Assembly (NCBI GenBank): GCA_033549065.1
Contig: JAWSUE010000010.1
Span: forward strand, 68,314 to 132,313
Source: Bacillota bacterium
Lineage (GTDB): Bacteria; Bacillota; Dethiobacteria; DTU022
DNA length: 64,000 nucleotides
Direction: 5' to 3'
A program made the position numbers and the translations under genes. The notes beneath the pieces are model-generated. The model did not search any database. It saw only the letters and a list, made by a program, of their open reading frames with translations, and was not told where the DNA came from. Shown here one piece after another: positions 10,532 to 20,463 of this stretch; positions within the stretch are counted from its first letter, which is position 1; each line of letters begins with the position of its first letter.

Positions 10532-11611
10532 ATGCGCAGATTGGGTTTATTAACCGGCGGAGGAGACTGTCCAGGTCTTAATGCCGTTATCAGGGCTGTA
10601 GTGAAAGGGGCAACATACAACCATGACCTTGAAGTCGTTGGCTTTAATAACGGATTTAGAGGTCTTGTTGAAAATGATGCCGGTTTAATTGATGACCTTG
10701 CGGTTTCGGGTATTTTAAACCGGGGGGGAACTATACTGGGAACTTCGAACCGGGATAACCCTTTTGATTATCGTCCCGGTGGGAGTGATTACCGTGAAAC
10801 GGGCAAAGACCGTTCTGCAGATGCCATAAGTAATCTGAAAGAATGGGCTGTAGAATGCCTGGTGGTCATCGGAGGAGATGGCAGTCTCTTTCTGGCACAT
10901 CGCTTCAGCGAGCTGGGAGTTCCGATTATCGGTATTCCGAAAACTATCGATAATGACCTCCCCGCTACCGATGTAACTTTCGGTTTTGATTCAGCTGTAA
11001 CAACTGCCACCGAGGCAATTGATAAAATACATACCACTGCAGAATCGCATCACAGGGTAATGGTTGTAGAAGTAATGGGCAGGCATGCAGGATGGATAGC
11101 TCTCCAGGCAGGAATGGCCGGTGGAGGCGATATTATCCTGATTCCCGAACTGCCCTTTGAATACAGCCACGTGATCAATAAGATTATGGAACGAAGAACC
11201 CGGGGCAAGAAATTCAGCATCATCGTTGTTGCTGAAGGGGCATACCCGGTTGGAGAAGAGCCGGTATACCAGTCAAGCGGAGATAAAAAACGACTTGGTG
11301 GAATCGGGATGATTGTATCGAATGAAATAGAAAAAAGAACGGGGCTGGAAAGCCGGGCAACAGTTCTGGGTCATTTGCAGAGGGGGGGAAGCCCTACTTC
11401 ATATGACCGGGTACTGGCAACCCGTTTTGGGGTAAAAGCTGTCGAGTTGTTTCAGGTGGGCAAGTTAAATGAAATGGTCTGTCTGAAAGGGAATCATATC
11501 GAATCGGTACCTCTCGATGTTGCGGTAGCCGGTACAAAGCTGGTTGATCCGAAAAGTGAACAGGTTCGAGCAGCGGTAGCTGTAGGCACTTCCTTTGGCT
11601 GCCCCATTTGA
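10532..11611 (+). CDS. pfkA: ATP-dependent 6-phosphofructokinase
   Basis: N-terminus MRRLGLLTGGGDCPGLNAVIR, plus GGDGS, PKTIDND and MGRHAGW motifs. Own GAGGTGGG site 6 nt upstream of ATG 10532. Confidence 0.85.
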   Translation: MRRLGLLTGGGDCPGLNAVIRAVVKGATYNHDLEVVGFNNGFRGLVENDAGLIDDLAVSGILNRGGTILGTSNRDNPFDYRPGGSDYRETGKDRSADAISNLKEWAVECLVVIGGDGSLFLAHRFSELGVPIIGIPKTIDNDLPATDVTFGFDSAVTTATEAIDKIHTTAESHHRVMVVEVMGRHAGWIALQAGMAGGGDIILIPELPFEYSHVINKIMERRTRGKKFSIIVVAEGAYPVGEEPVYQSSGDKKRLGGIGMIVSNEIEKRTGLESRATVLGHLQRGGSPTSYDRVLATRFGVKAVELFQVGKLNEMVCLKGNHIESVPLDVAVAGTKLVDPKSEQVRAAVAVGTSFGCPI

Positions 11612-11616
11612 TATGG

Positions 11617-12444
11617 CTATAACATCCTTTTAGTGTTGACAATAAGGAGAACCGTTAAAGCAATAAATATAACAGTGATCAGAGAAGCTATCAAATCAAC
11701 CCTGCCCATTTGCAGGGTTTTCATCTTTGTCCGGCCCTTTCCTCCGGTGTAATTCCTTGCTTCCATGGCAACTATCAAGTCTTCAGCTCTCTTAAAAGCA
11801 TTGATGAAGAGAGGAAGGAATACCGGAAAAAGCTTCCTTGTTTTTTGTATAAAATTTCCCCTGTCAAAAGCAACCCCGCGGGCCATTTGGGCTTTGATAA
11901 TTTTTTCAAGTTCTTCGGCCAGGATCAATACGAATCCGAGCGCAATTACCAGTGTCATCACCAGTTCCTGCGAGGGGATACCGATGGATCGCAGCGGTTT
12001 TGTGAGATTTTCCAGACCGTCGGTCAGGCTGACTACAGATGTTGACAGGGTCAAAAGAGTTGTAACAATAAATAGAAATATTACCCTTAGTGTGATCAAA
12101 TTTGCCATATGCAACCCGGCTGCTGTTGCTTCAAAAATCCACCAGTTGAAAAGTACTGCAGTTGATTCCGTCTTGTATAGAAAGAATTGGAAAATCCACA
12201 TAATAACCAGTACTGGCAGCATCGGCTTCAAACCACGCAGAGCATAACCCGTAGGAATATTTGACAGGATAATTATTGCGGCTGTAAACAGGAAAAAAAT
12301 GATATATGCATAATACGATTGGATAAACAGCAGAATAACGATCAGTGCAGCGGTTATAATTATTTTAGTCCTTGGATCAAGGCGATGTATAGGGGAATCA
12401 CCTGGAAGGTATACTCCCAGGGTAATGTTCTTTGTCAGTTCCAT
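11617..12444 (-). CDS. ecfT: Energy-coupling factor transporter transmembrane component EcfT
   Basis: 275 aa polytopic protein after two ABC ATPase genes on the minus strand. Matches the EcfT/CbiQ family. Confidence 0.8.
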   Translation of the reverse strand: MELTKNITLGVYLPGDSPIHRLDPRTKIIITAALIVILLFIQSYYAYIIFFLFTAAIIILSNIPTGYALRGLKPMLPVLVIMWIFQFFLYKTESTAVLFNWWIFEATAAGLHMANLITLRVIFLFIVTTLLTLSTSVVSLTDGLENLTKPLRSIGIPSQELVMTLVIALGFVLILAEELEKIIKAQMARGVAFDRGNFIQKTRKLFPVFLPLFINAFKRAEDLIVAMEARNYTGGKGRTKMKTLQMGRVDLIASLITVIFIALTVLLIVNTKRML

Positions 12445-13310
12445 CAGTCATCCGCCCCCTGTTCCCTGATGGCAGTCGATATATATGCTATGGCGTCGTG
12501 AATATTCAAGACACCTTTTGGCAGTCGATAACCAGCCAATTGGAGCCTGTCCATTATTCTGGTAATTTCAGGAAGTTCAAGGCCTATTTTATTCAATTCG
12601 TCAGTCCGGCTGAAGATCTGTCTGGCCGGGCCATCCATGATAATCCGGCCTTCATTCATGACTATAATTCTTTCTGCGAGGTCGGCAATTTCATCCATAC
12701 TGTTGCTGATGAAGATGATGGTGATATGCTCTGTCTTATGTAGACTGCTGATTACTCCCAGGATATCTTCACGACCGCCTGGATCAAGGCCGGCTGTTAT
12801 ATCGTCGAGAACCAGAATTTGAGGTTTGCAGGCCAGTACTCCGGCGATGGCAGTTCGCCGTTTTTGTCCACCGCTCAGAGCAAAAATATCCCTTTTGCAG
12901 AATGTCCCGTAATCAAGACCTACCTGGTTCATCGACTCTAAAACCCGTTCTTTAATTTCATTTTCTGTCAGGCGCTGAATGGTTGGACCGAATGCAATAT
13001 CTTCAGCAACAGTCGGGGCGAAAAGCTGGTAATCGGGGTTTTGGAATACATACCCCACTTTATGTCTGAGTCTGATCAGGTCGGCTTTGGGATTTGAGGT
13101 ATCCAGCCCGTCAATAAAAACCTTGCCCCGGTGGGGAATATATAAAGCATTCAGATGTTGAGCCAGGGTAGATTTCCCCGAACGTGTCGGGCCGATTAAG
13201 CCGACAAACTCGCCGTCGGTTATATTAAGATCAATATCATGAAGGACCTTGTGCTCAAAAGGAGTCCCTTCTTTGTAACTATGGCTGAGGTTTATGATCT
13301 CAATCGGCAT
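12444..13310 (-). CDS. ecfA2: ECF transporter ATPase EcfA2
   Basis: Walker A GPTRSGKST, LSGGQKRR signature motif, 288 aa. Start overlaps ecfA1. Confidence 0.8.
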   Translation of the reverse strand: MPIEIINLSHSYKEGTPFEHKVLHDIDLNITDGEFVGLIGPTRSGKSTLAQHLNALYIPHRGKVFIDGLDTSNPKADLIRLRHKVGYVFQNPDYQLFAPTVAEDIAFGPTIQRLTENEIKERVLESMNQVGLDYGTFCKRDIFALSGGQKRRTAIAGVLACKPQILVLDDITAGLDPGGREDILGVISSLHKTEHITIIFISNSMDEIADLAERIIVMNEGRIIMDGPARQIFSRTDELNKIGLELPEITRIMDRLQLAGYRLPKGVLNIHDAIAYISTAIREQGADD

Positions 13311-14134
13311 ATGGTTTCTATTAACTCCTCGGTATTAATAATAAAAGGTGAAATTTTATGGCCTTTCTTTTGCAGCTCTACAGCTATATGGGTTGCCAGA
13401 GGTATGTCGAGTCCAAGATTCTCAATTTCTGCGGGGTTGCGAAAAATTTTCCGTGGAGGTCCGTCCATCCGGAGCTCTCCCTGGTCCATCACTATCATCC
13501 GGTCGCAGTTGACCACTTCGTTCATGAAGTGAGTCAGTAGGATTATAGTAATACCTTCTTCCCTGTTTAACCTGAGGGCACTTTCCAGTACTTCCCTTCT
13601 TCCTCTCGGATCGAGGTGAGCTGTTGGTTCATCCATGATTATGCATTCAGGTTTCATGGCCAGAACGCCGGCAATCGCCACCTGTTGCTTCTGTCCGGCT
13701 GAAAGATTATGAGGAGATTCCAGGCGTAGTCTTTCAATTTTCATGGTTTGAAGCGCCCAGTCAACACGCTCTCTTATCTCACAGGGTGGCAGCCCCAGGT
13801 TTTCCGGTCCGAAAGCAATGTCTTCTTCAACGATGCTGCATACCAGCTGGTTGTCAGGATTTTGAAATACCATGCCAATTGAACGGCGGATAGCCCGGAT
13901 ATTTTCCGTAATATCGGTAGGCAGGCCTTTAACAAAAACACGACCTCTTTTTGGTAAAAGCAGGCCATTAAAATGTCTGGCCAATGTCGATTTACCCGAA
14001 CCGTTCCTGCCGGTTATAGCCAGAATTTCACCGCGGTTGACTGTCATATTGATGCTGTTCAACGCTTGAATTTCCTGTTGGGAGCCGTAGCGATAAAAGT
14101 ATGAAAGATCAACGGTTTCGATCAGCTTTTCCAA
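13292..14134 (-). CDS. ecfA1: ECF transporter ATPase EcfA1
   Basis: Walker A GRNGSGKST, LSAGQKQQ signature motif, 280 aa. Confidence 0.8.
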   Translation of the reverse strand: MEKLIETVDLSYFYRYGSQQEIQALNSINMTVNRGEILAITGRNGSGKSTLARHFNGLLLPKRGRVFVKGLPTDITENIRAIRRSIGMVFQNPDNQLVCSIVEEDIAFGPENLGLPPCEIRERVDWALQTMKIERLRLESPHNLSAGQKQQVAIAGVLAMKPECIIMDEPTAHLDPRGRREVLESALRLNREEGITIILLTHFMNEVVNCDRMIVMDQGELRMDGPPRKIFRNPAEIENLGLDIPLATHIAVELQKKGHKISPFIINTEELIETICRLRS

Positions 14135-14201
14135 GTATGAACAACTCCAATAATCAAGATTCAGGGATCAAGCGGATATGGGAAGTGTGCTCAGTAACAG
14201 T

Positions 14202-14735
14202 TTAAAGAGAACGCTCTTCGCCGGATCTGATGCGCTGAATTCCCTTAACCAATATAACAGTTAAGATTGCGGCGACTATAAGTTCGGGGATCCCATGTAG
14301 AATCCCAATAGATACGGAGAGCTCTGCCGGTAAATATCCCCGCAGGGTTGCCATACCCAACACCAGAACAGTATTGGTTACCGATCCAAAAGCCCCGGCC
14401 AATATACAGGCCAATACTGTGTTAATCCCTTTGGTTGAGATATAAACCAGGTATGAAACGACACCGATAAAAAGGCGGGGCAGGATCGAAACAAGGGGAT
14501 CGGCGAAAAAAGGGGCACCTGGCTGCAGGAAACTGAATAAACCGAAGATTGCGCCGGTGATCAGGCCAACCACCGGGCCTTCCAGAACACCGCCCAAAAT
14601 TGCCGGTATGTGCATAATTGTTGCATGGCCCGCCGGGGTGGGCACCGGAATAAACCCCAGTCTGGTCACGCCCAGCAGAATAGCGATTGCTCCGAGGATG
14701 CCTGATATAACAATTTTTCTGACTGATAAATTCAT
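14202..14735 (-). CDS. ECF transporter substrate-specific (S) component, substrate unknown
   Basis: 177 aa, 5-6 TM helices, located immediately upstream of ecfA1-ecfA2-ecfT. AGGAGGAG site before the start. Confidence 0.55.
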   Translation of the reverse strand: MNLSVRKIVISGILGAIAILLGVTRLGFIPVPTPAGHATIMHIPAILGGVLEGPVVGLITGAIFGLFSFLQPGAPFFADPLVSILPRLFIGVVSYLVYISTKGINTVLACILAGAFGSVTNTVLVLGMATLRGYLPAELSVSIGILHGIPELIVAAILTVILVKGIQRIRSGEERSL

Positions 14736-14927
14736 AAACTGCTCCTCCTGTTGCTCTGTTTGATCAAACCTAAGTTCTACATTATTGGGCTTTTATCCTT
14801 CACCTATCTCTGTTCAATGGTAATAAGCGGCCAAAGAAATTAATCTCCCGCAGGGGAAGGATTCTTTTTAATGATAGAGAATACTGAAGCATTGCAGTCG
14901 AACTGAATACATAAAGGAGTTGACGTA
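14736..14927 (-). promoter_or_regulatory. Long 5' leader of the S-component/ECF operon, possible riboswitch
   Basis: About 190 nt untranslated stretch between the minus-strand start at 14735 and the divergent gene at 14928. Contains complementary segments GGGAGATTA and CCTTCCCCTG. No known riboswitch consensus recognised by eye. Confidence 0.25.
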
Positions 14928-15338
14928 ATGATTAAACGCAATTTCTTGTTATTATTAACCCTATTCTTCCTGCTTATGATCTGTACCTCCTGCGGTGGTG
15001 ATTCAACTGTTACAAGTACTGCAGTGAGCGGATCGGTTCTTGAATTAGGCTATGAAATTGATGAAAACCTGGAGGTTGTCGCTGCCCAGACTAACTTCAA
15101 GGCTGGGGAAGATTTTTACTTTTCCTTTTTCAACAATGAACCATTTGGTGGTAATTCGGTTACAGTCCAGCTTATAGAAAGCTCATCGGATGAAATTTTG
15201 GCCGATGGTGTATACGAGGTTGATCCTGAATGGGATACCATTGCCGATATGATCTGGTTTAGCGATCCGGGAAAATATAAAGTGGTGATTAAAGTAGGTG
15301 AACAAACCAGGGCGACCCAGGAGGTAATAATTGAATAA
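14928..15338 (+). CDS. Hypothetical secreted or lipoprotein
   Basis: N-terminal signal sequence ending in a Cys-rich, lipobox-like CTSCGG segment. 136 aa, AAAGGAG site. Confidence 0.5.
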   Translation: MIKRNFLLLLTLFFLLMICTSCGGDSTVTSTAVSGSVLELGYEIDENLEVVAAQTNFKAGEDFYFSFFNNEPFGGNSVTVQLIESSSDEILADGVYEVDPEWDTIADMIWFSDPGKYKVVIKVGEQTRATQEVIIE

Positions 15339-15381
15339 CCAATAGTTATACCAGTTGTTATTTCTATATAAGTAACCTTAG

Positions 15382-15408
15382 GGCCTGCTGCTGCAGGTCT
15401 TTTATTTA
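15382..15408 (+). terminator. Rho-independent terminator
   Basis: GGCCTGC-tgct-GCAGGTC followed by TTTTATTT. Confidence 0.45.
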
Positions 15409-15521
15409 CACGGCAACGATGTTTTTTGGATCTCAGGCAGGATTTATATCTGAATCGTCGAATATGCAGAAAGATGTTTAGCCGGTTTATGCCGGTAATC
15501 TTACCTGGAGGCTGACATAAA

Positions 15522-15779
15522 ATGAAATTCAGTATACGATTGGCGCTGGTAGCTCTGATCGTTCTGGTAATGTTTATCCTGCATAACAGTTTCTGGTTGT
15601 GGGATCTTGATGCCAAGGTGCCCCTGCTCTTCGGATTTATGCCCTTTGCATTTTCCTATTATGTCGGGTATACAGTATTAGCTATTATTGCCATGAGGAT
15701 TATTATTGCCCTGGCCTGGCCTGATCCTTCACCGGAACTGATTGAGCTGCAGAATAATGGGGAGCCGAAAGAACAATGA
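15522..15779 (+). CDS. Small 2-TM membrane protein coupled to an SSS transporter (DUF3311/DUF4212-like accessory subunit)
   Basis: 85 aa. Its stop overlaps the symporter start (ATGA). GGAGG site. Confidence 0.5.
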   Translation: MKFSIRLALVALIVLVMFILHNSFWLWDLDAKVPLLFGFMPFAFSYYVGYTVLAIIAMRIIIALAWPDPSPELIELQNNGEPKEQ

Positions 15780-17254
15780 CAACAACAACAGGTATAATTA
15801 TACTGATCATTTACGTTTCCATATTACTTATGATAGGCGCATACGGGGCAAAAATTACTAAAAAAACGAAGGAAGATTATTTTTTAGCCGGGAGAGGATT
15901 AGGTAGTATAGCCGTGTTTATGGCACTTTTTGCCAGTAATATCACCGCATTTACAATCATCGGCTATTCCGGTTTTGCTTACCAGGTTGGTTATGGCGCA
16001 TACGGATATGTAATCGGCTGGAGTATATTTATTACACCTTTTACATTTTACCTAGTCGGTTATCGGTCCTGGTTGTTGGGTAAACATTACGGTTATGGAA
16101 CACAGCCACAGGTATTCGGAGCAATCTTCAAGAGTCGTTTTGTAGCCTTGTTGTTCTTGATCCTTCTCTTATATTATACATTACCCTACCTGGTGGTAAG
16201 TATTATTGGCGGCAGCCTGGCATTTACGACGATCTCAGAAGGTATTGTTCCTTACTGGCTTTCTGCATTTGTTATTATCGGGATTTCATTGATCTATACT
16301 CTTCCGGCGGGATTGAGAGGTACTGTCTGGACCGATATTTTCCAGGGCACTGTATTCCTTGTTGTTGCCGTCTTGCTTCTTTTTGCCGTAGCCCAGGCCC
16401 TGGGTGGTTTTTCTTCTATTACAGAGCGAATTGCCCAGAATAACCCGGCAATGCTGCAGAGGAGTCTTTCACCACAAATTGCACCGATAAACTGGTTCAG
16501 CTTTGCCTTTATAAATTCCATAGCAGTGATTGTTTTTCCCCAGATGTATACCAGGATTCTCGCTGCAAAGAGCAGCAAAAACCTGAAAAGGGTCAGCCTC
16601 TTTTATCCCCTGGCTATGGCGACCATTTTTGGCGTTTCGACCCTACTGGGCGTCTGGGGTTCGGTTGCTGTCCCGGGCTTGGTGGGTAAAGATACAGATA
16701 ATATTGTTCCAATGCTGATCCAGCAATTTCTGACCCCGACCTGGACGGTCCTCGGGTTGGTTGTAATTCTTGCAGTAGTTAAATCATCAATCGATTCTCA
16801 GCTGTTGACTGTATCACACCTGGTAACCGATGACCTTCTTCCCCGGTTCCGGAAGATCAGTTCCGGTCAGGCAGTATTATGGGGCAGGGGGTTGCTGGTT
16901 ATTTTTGCAGCTATAGCCTATTATATTGCCCTTGTCCGCCCGGCAGCTATCTTAAACATTGCTGCTTTTGCCTTTTCCGGTTTTTCTGTTATGCTTCCGG
17001 TAATGATCGGGGCGCTTTACTGGCCCCGGGCCAATAAATACGGGGCTGTCAGCGCATTAATAATTCCGGCGATAATGCTGCACCTTTGGTATCTTAAAGT
17101 ACTGCCGGAGTGGACCTCTCTGGGATTTATGCCGGTATTTCCCGCTTTTATTCTGGCCATTCTGATACTGATCGTGGTATCATTGCTGACCCCCGCTCCT
17201 CCTGTTGAACAGCGGGAAAAAACATTTGGTATATTCGATCAGGTTTTCAGGTAA
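15776..17254 (+). CDS. Sodium:solute symporter family transporter (PutP/PanF-like)
   Basis: 492 aa, about 13 TM helices, SSS family features. Confidence 0.8.
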   Translation: MTTTTGIIILIIYVSILLMIGAYGAKITKKTKEDYFLAGRGLGSIAVFMALFASNITAFTIIGYSGFAYQVGYGAYGYVIGWSIFITPFTFYLVGYRSWLLGKHYGYGTQPQVFGAIFKSRFVALLFLILLLYYTLPYLVVSIIGGSLAFTTISEGIVPYWLSAFVIIGISLIYTLPAGLRGTVWTDIFQGTVFLVVAVLLLFAVAQALGGFSSITERIAQNNPAMLQRSLSPQIAPINWFSFAFINSIAVIVFPQMYTRILAAKSSKNLKRVSLFYPLAMATIFGVSTLLGVWGSVAVPGLVGKDTDNIVPMLIQQFLTPTWTVLGLVVILAVVKSSIDSQLLTVSHLVTDDLLPRFRKISSGQAVLWGRGLLVIFAAIAYYIALVRPAAILNIAAFAFSGFSVMLPVMIGALYWPRANKYGAVSALIIPAIMLHLWYLKVLPEWTSLGFMPVFPAFILAILILIVVSLLTPAPPVEQREKTFGIFDQVFR

Positions 17255-17304
17255 TTAATAACTACCTGAAATAGAATCTATGAAGAAAGATACACAACCT
17301 AGTT

Positions 17305-19809
17305 ATGATAGCTAATACAGCCAAACATATCCTCCATCTGCAGCGGAATAACTTTCTCAACCGCTTTCTGCTGGTTATAACAGTTTTTTATACGGCCGGA
17401 ATCATAACCGGCCGTCTCTTTTTAATTCAGTCTCCGGGATACTTGATCTTTTCATTATCTATTATGGTTATTCTTTTTATTGCTGCAATCAATCAATGGA
17501 TAACAATATTTTATGCTCTGTTATTGATTTTGGCGGCATTCTCCGGCATTATATCATTTTACTATCCCTCGCTCCAGATCAAAGAAGGCCTTATGGAATA
17601 TGCAAACAGACCGCTTTATCTTGAGGGCACGGTCATTGGAGAGCCGGTTGTTTATAGCGATCATTCTGTATATATAGTTCAGTCAGAAAAAATCGAAATT
17701 GACAGAGAACAAATTTCTGTTACTGATAAATTAGAAGTCAGAATTTATGGAGATGGAAGTGATCGATACTGGTTTGGAGAAAAACTGCGTATAAGGGGAA
17801 CAATAGTTGAACCCAGGGGAAGGCGTAATCCTGATGGTTTCGATTACCGGCTCTACCTGCAGAGTCAGGGTATATCAGCTCTCATGTATCCCAATCCAGC
17901 CCAGGTTTCCTCTCTGGGAACCGGCAGGGTAGGTTGGCTGACTCATTCTGCAATCAATTTACGGCAGGCGATGACAGGCTCAATTATGCAAAACCTCCCG
18001 CCGCCTGCTTCAGAACTATTAACGGCGATGCTTTTCGGGCAGCGATATCGCCTTTCGGAAGAGGTTGAAGAAAATTTTCGCCGGTCTGGTGCCGGCCACC
18101 TGATGGCTGTATCGGGATTACATGTCGGATTGGTTGCGCTCATAATCCTCGGGTTTTTTCAGATGCTCAAAATAAAAGGGCGGTTTCCGCTATTACTTGC
18201 AATAATTCTGGTTTTCGCTTATGCCTATCTAACCGGTATGCGCCCTCCGGCATTGCGGGCTGCCATTATGGTCTCTGCAGCGTTGGCGGCGCTGCTTCTG
18301 GATCGCGAAAAAGATTTACCTTCTGCAATTGCCCTGGCTGCGCTGGTTACACTTTCCATGAACCCCTCCCTGCTTTTTACGGTTGGTTTTCAGTTATCCT
18401 ATGCAGCTACACTAACAATAATATATGCTTACAGGCCAGTTGAACATCTTTTAAGGTCAACCAGGGCGCCCCGTATCCTGCATGCGCCGTTAACTGTTAC
18501 CATCTCTGCACAAATCGGTGTGTTACCTTTATCATTATATTATTTTCACCATCTTCCCGTTGGAGCGTTGGGTTTTAACCTGCTGCTGATGCCCCTTATA
18601 GCCTTCATTATTGGATTCGGCCTTACCGGTGCATTGCTGAGTTTCATTTGGCCTTTGGCCGGTTCAATTTTGTTGTGGGCTGCCCGGCCTCTTTTGGAAT
18701 TGATGATTTTTCTGACAGGCATCAGTAAGCTGCCCGGCTTTTATTTAACTGTTTATCCACCTGGTTTATTGACCCTGATCGCTATATATCTACTCATGGC
18801 AGGGATAATATACTCGTATCATTACCGGAATATCCTCTTTGAATCTGTAAAGAAACCTGGCTTTTTATTCTGTATTGAGGCTGTTCACGCTGTAAAAAAC
18901 AATTTAATAAAACCGCATATCGGCAAAATAGTGGTGATAATTTTATTAATTGCTGTAGTACTGGTATGGGGCGGTATTATTTTTCCCGGCAATGATGATT
19001 TAAGAGTAACCTTTATTGATGTCGGCCAGGGTGCTGCGGTCTTGATCGAAACGCCCTGCAGCGCGGTTATCATGGTTGACGCTGGCGGTGAGCCGGCTTA
19101 CAGTGGAAACCCTGCTGCAGTTGGAGAAAAAGTAGTTCTGCCCTATTTGAGAAGCCAGGGGATCCGTTATTTAGATCTTGCGATAATTACCCACCCGCAC
19201 GAAGATCATTTCGGAGGGTTTATCCCACTGATTGGCACTATTCCGGTTGAGCAGTTATTAATTTCTCCGGCAGCAGGCAACTCCGAACTATATGATTTGC
19301 TTTTAACAAATGCAATTAATGCAGGCACAAAGGTTATTGAGGCAGTGGAAGGGATGGTTTGGACATGTGGGGACGATCTGCAGATCGAGATTATCAGTCC
19401 CCCAGGTAGGTTATTAACCGGCATCGGGAGTGATCTGAATAATAATTCAGTTGTTGCCCTGCTTCGCTATAAAGAATTTGTGATCTTGCTGACCGGAGAT
19501 ATTGAAGATGCAGCGGCAGTCAGATTACTCGGGAAAAATATCAACCTCAGCGCCCATGTTCTGCAGGTTCCACACCATGGGGGCTATATGGATTCCTTTC
19601 CGGAATTTATCGAGGCAGTATCACCAACCGTTGCCGTGATTCAAACCGGCCCGAATCCATTTGGGCATCCTCATCCTTACATTATTGATACGCTCGAAGA
19701 AATTGAGGTGATAACGTGCCGGACAGATTTACATGGAGCGGTAATCGTTAAGAGTGACGGTTACCTGGTAGAAGTTGAAACTGTCGAACAACCTGTTCTT
19801 TTTAAATAG
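17305..19809 (+). CDS. comEC: DNA internalization competence protein ComEC/Rec2
   Basis: Competence membrane domain plus C-terminal metallo-beta-lactamase domain with the HPHEDHFGG motif. 834 aa. Confidence 0.8.
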   Translation: MIANTAKHILHLQRNNFLNRFLLVITVFYTAGIITGRLFLIQSPGYLIFSLSIMVILFIAAINQWITIFYALLLILAAFSGIISFYYPSLQIKEGLMEYANRPLYLEGTVIGEPVVYSDHSVYIVQSEKIEIDREQISVTDKLEVRIYGDGSDRYWFGEKLRIRGTIVEPRGRRNPDGFDYRLYLQSQGISALMYPNPAQVSSLGTGRVGWLTHSAINLRQAMTGSIMQNLPPPASELLTAMLFGQRYRLSEEVEENFRRSGAGHLMAVSGLHVGLVALIILGFFQMLKIKGRFPLLLAIILVFAYAYLTGMRPPALRAAIMVSAALAALLLDREKDLPSAIALAALVTLSMNPSLLFTVGFQLSYAATLTIIYAYRPVEHLLRSTRAPRILHAPLTVTISAQIGVLPLSLYYFHHLPVGALGFNLLLMPLIAFIIGFGLTGALLSFIWPLAGSILLWAARPLLELMIFLTGISKLPGFYLTVYPPGLLTLIAIYLLMAGIIYSYHYRNILFESVKKPGFLFCIEAVHAVKNNLIKPHIGKIVVIILLIAVVLVWGGIIFPGNDDLRVTFIDVGQGAAVLIETPCSAVIMVDAGGEPAYSGNPAAVGEKVVLPYLRSQGIRYLDLAIITHPHEDHFGGFIPLIGTIPVEQLLISPAAGNSELYDLLLTNAINAGTKVIEAVEGMVWTCGDDLQIEIISPPGRLLTGIGSDLNNNSVVALLRYKEFVILLTGDIEDAAAVRLLGKNINLSAHVLQVPHHGGYMDSFPEFIEAVSPTVAVIQTGPNPFGHPHPYIIDTLEEIEVITCRTDLHGAVIVKSDGYLVEVETVEQPVLFK

Positions 19810-19886
19810 AATGTTAAATATTGAAGGGATAGAAGAGCCTTCGGCGAAATTATTAATAAGCTATCTGTTAACCGATGGAGGTTTAA

Positions 19887-20423
19887 ATGGAGCCGGAAAG
19901 AGTATTGGATCTGGTCAGACTGAATGACAATGACTCCCGAAGGGAGCTCTTTGAAGCATATTACAAGCGTACATATGCTCTAGTCTATAATATCCTCCGC
20001 CGACGGGAAAGTGCTGAAGATATAACCCAGGATGCCTTTATCAAGGCCTTTCAAAATATCCATCAGCTTCAGGATGGTAAAAAATTTGGGGCATGGCTGG
20101 CTGTAATAGCTTCGAATTTAGCCCGAAATTACCTAAAGAGGGAAAAAAGAATATTTTATACCGATGAATTACCTTACGATCAGGCTGGTGATTCTAATCG
20201 GGATACTGAAGAAGAGGCTATACGCAACATGGAAGTGGATCGGGTTAGAAAAGCAATCCGCACTCTTCCTGCCGATCAATACCAGGTAATTGTCCTCCAG
20301 TATTATCACAACCTGAAAGTCGATGAAATAGCCTCAATGTTGAAAATAAGGGTAGGTACGGTTAAATCAAGATTATTCAGGGCTCGGGAAAAACTGGCAG
20401 CTGCCCTGACGGAACTTGATTAG
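19887..20423 (+). CDS. RNA polymerase ECF-type sigma-70 factor
   Basis: Region 2 and region 4 organisation, 178 aa, GGAGG site. Confidence 0.8.
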   Translation: MEPERVLDLVRLNDNDSRRELFEAYYKRTYALVYNILRRRESAEDITQDAFIKAFQNIHQLQDGKKFGAWLAVIASNLARNYLKREKRIFYTDELPYDQAGDSNRDTEEEAIRNMEVDRVRKAIRTLPADQYQVIVLQYYHNLKVDEIASMLKIRVGTVKSRLFRAREKLAAALTELD

Positions 20424-20463
20424 TCCATAACTTGTCATTTAAATGAAGGAGGTGACCGGGCCA

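Noticed and set aside
11710-12247. Plus-strand ORFs of 111 aa and 160 aa that lie antisense to ecfT
   Set aside because: They sit opposite a strongly supported membrane-protein gene. Their amino-acid composition is typical of antisense translation.
20443-20463. First ATG (20443) as the anti-sigma factor start
   Set aside because: It lies within the SD-like GAAGGAGGTG itself. The ATG at 20464 has proper spacing.
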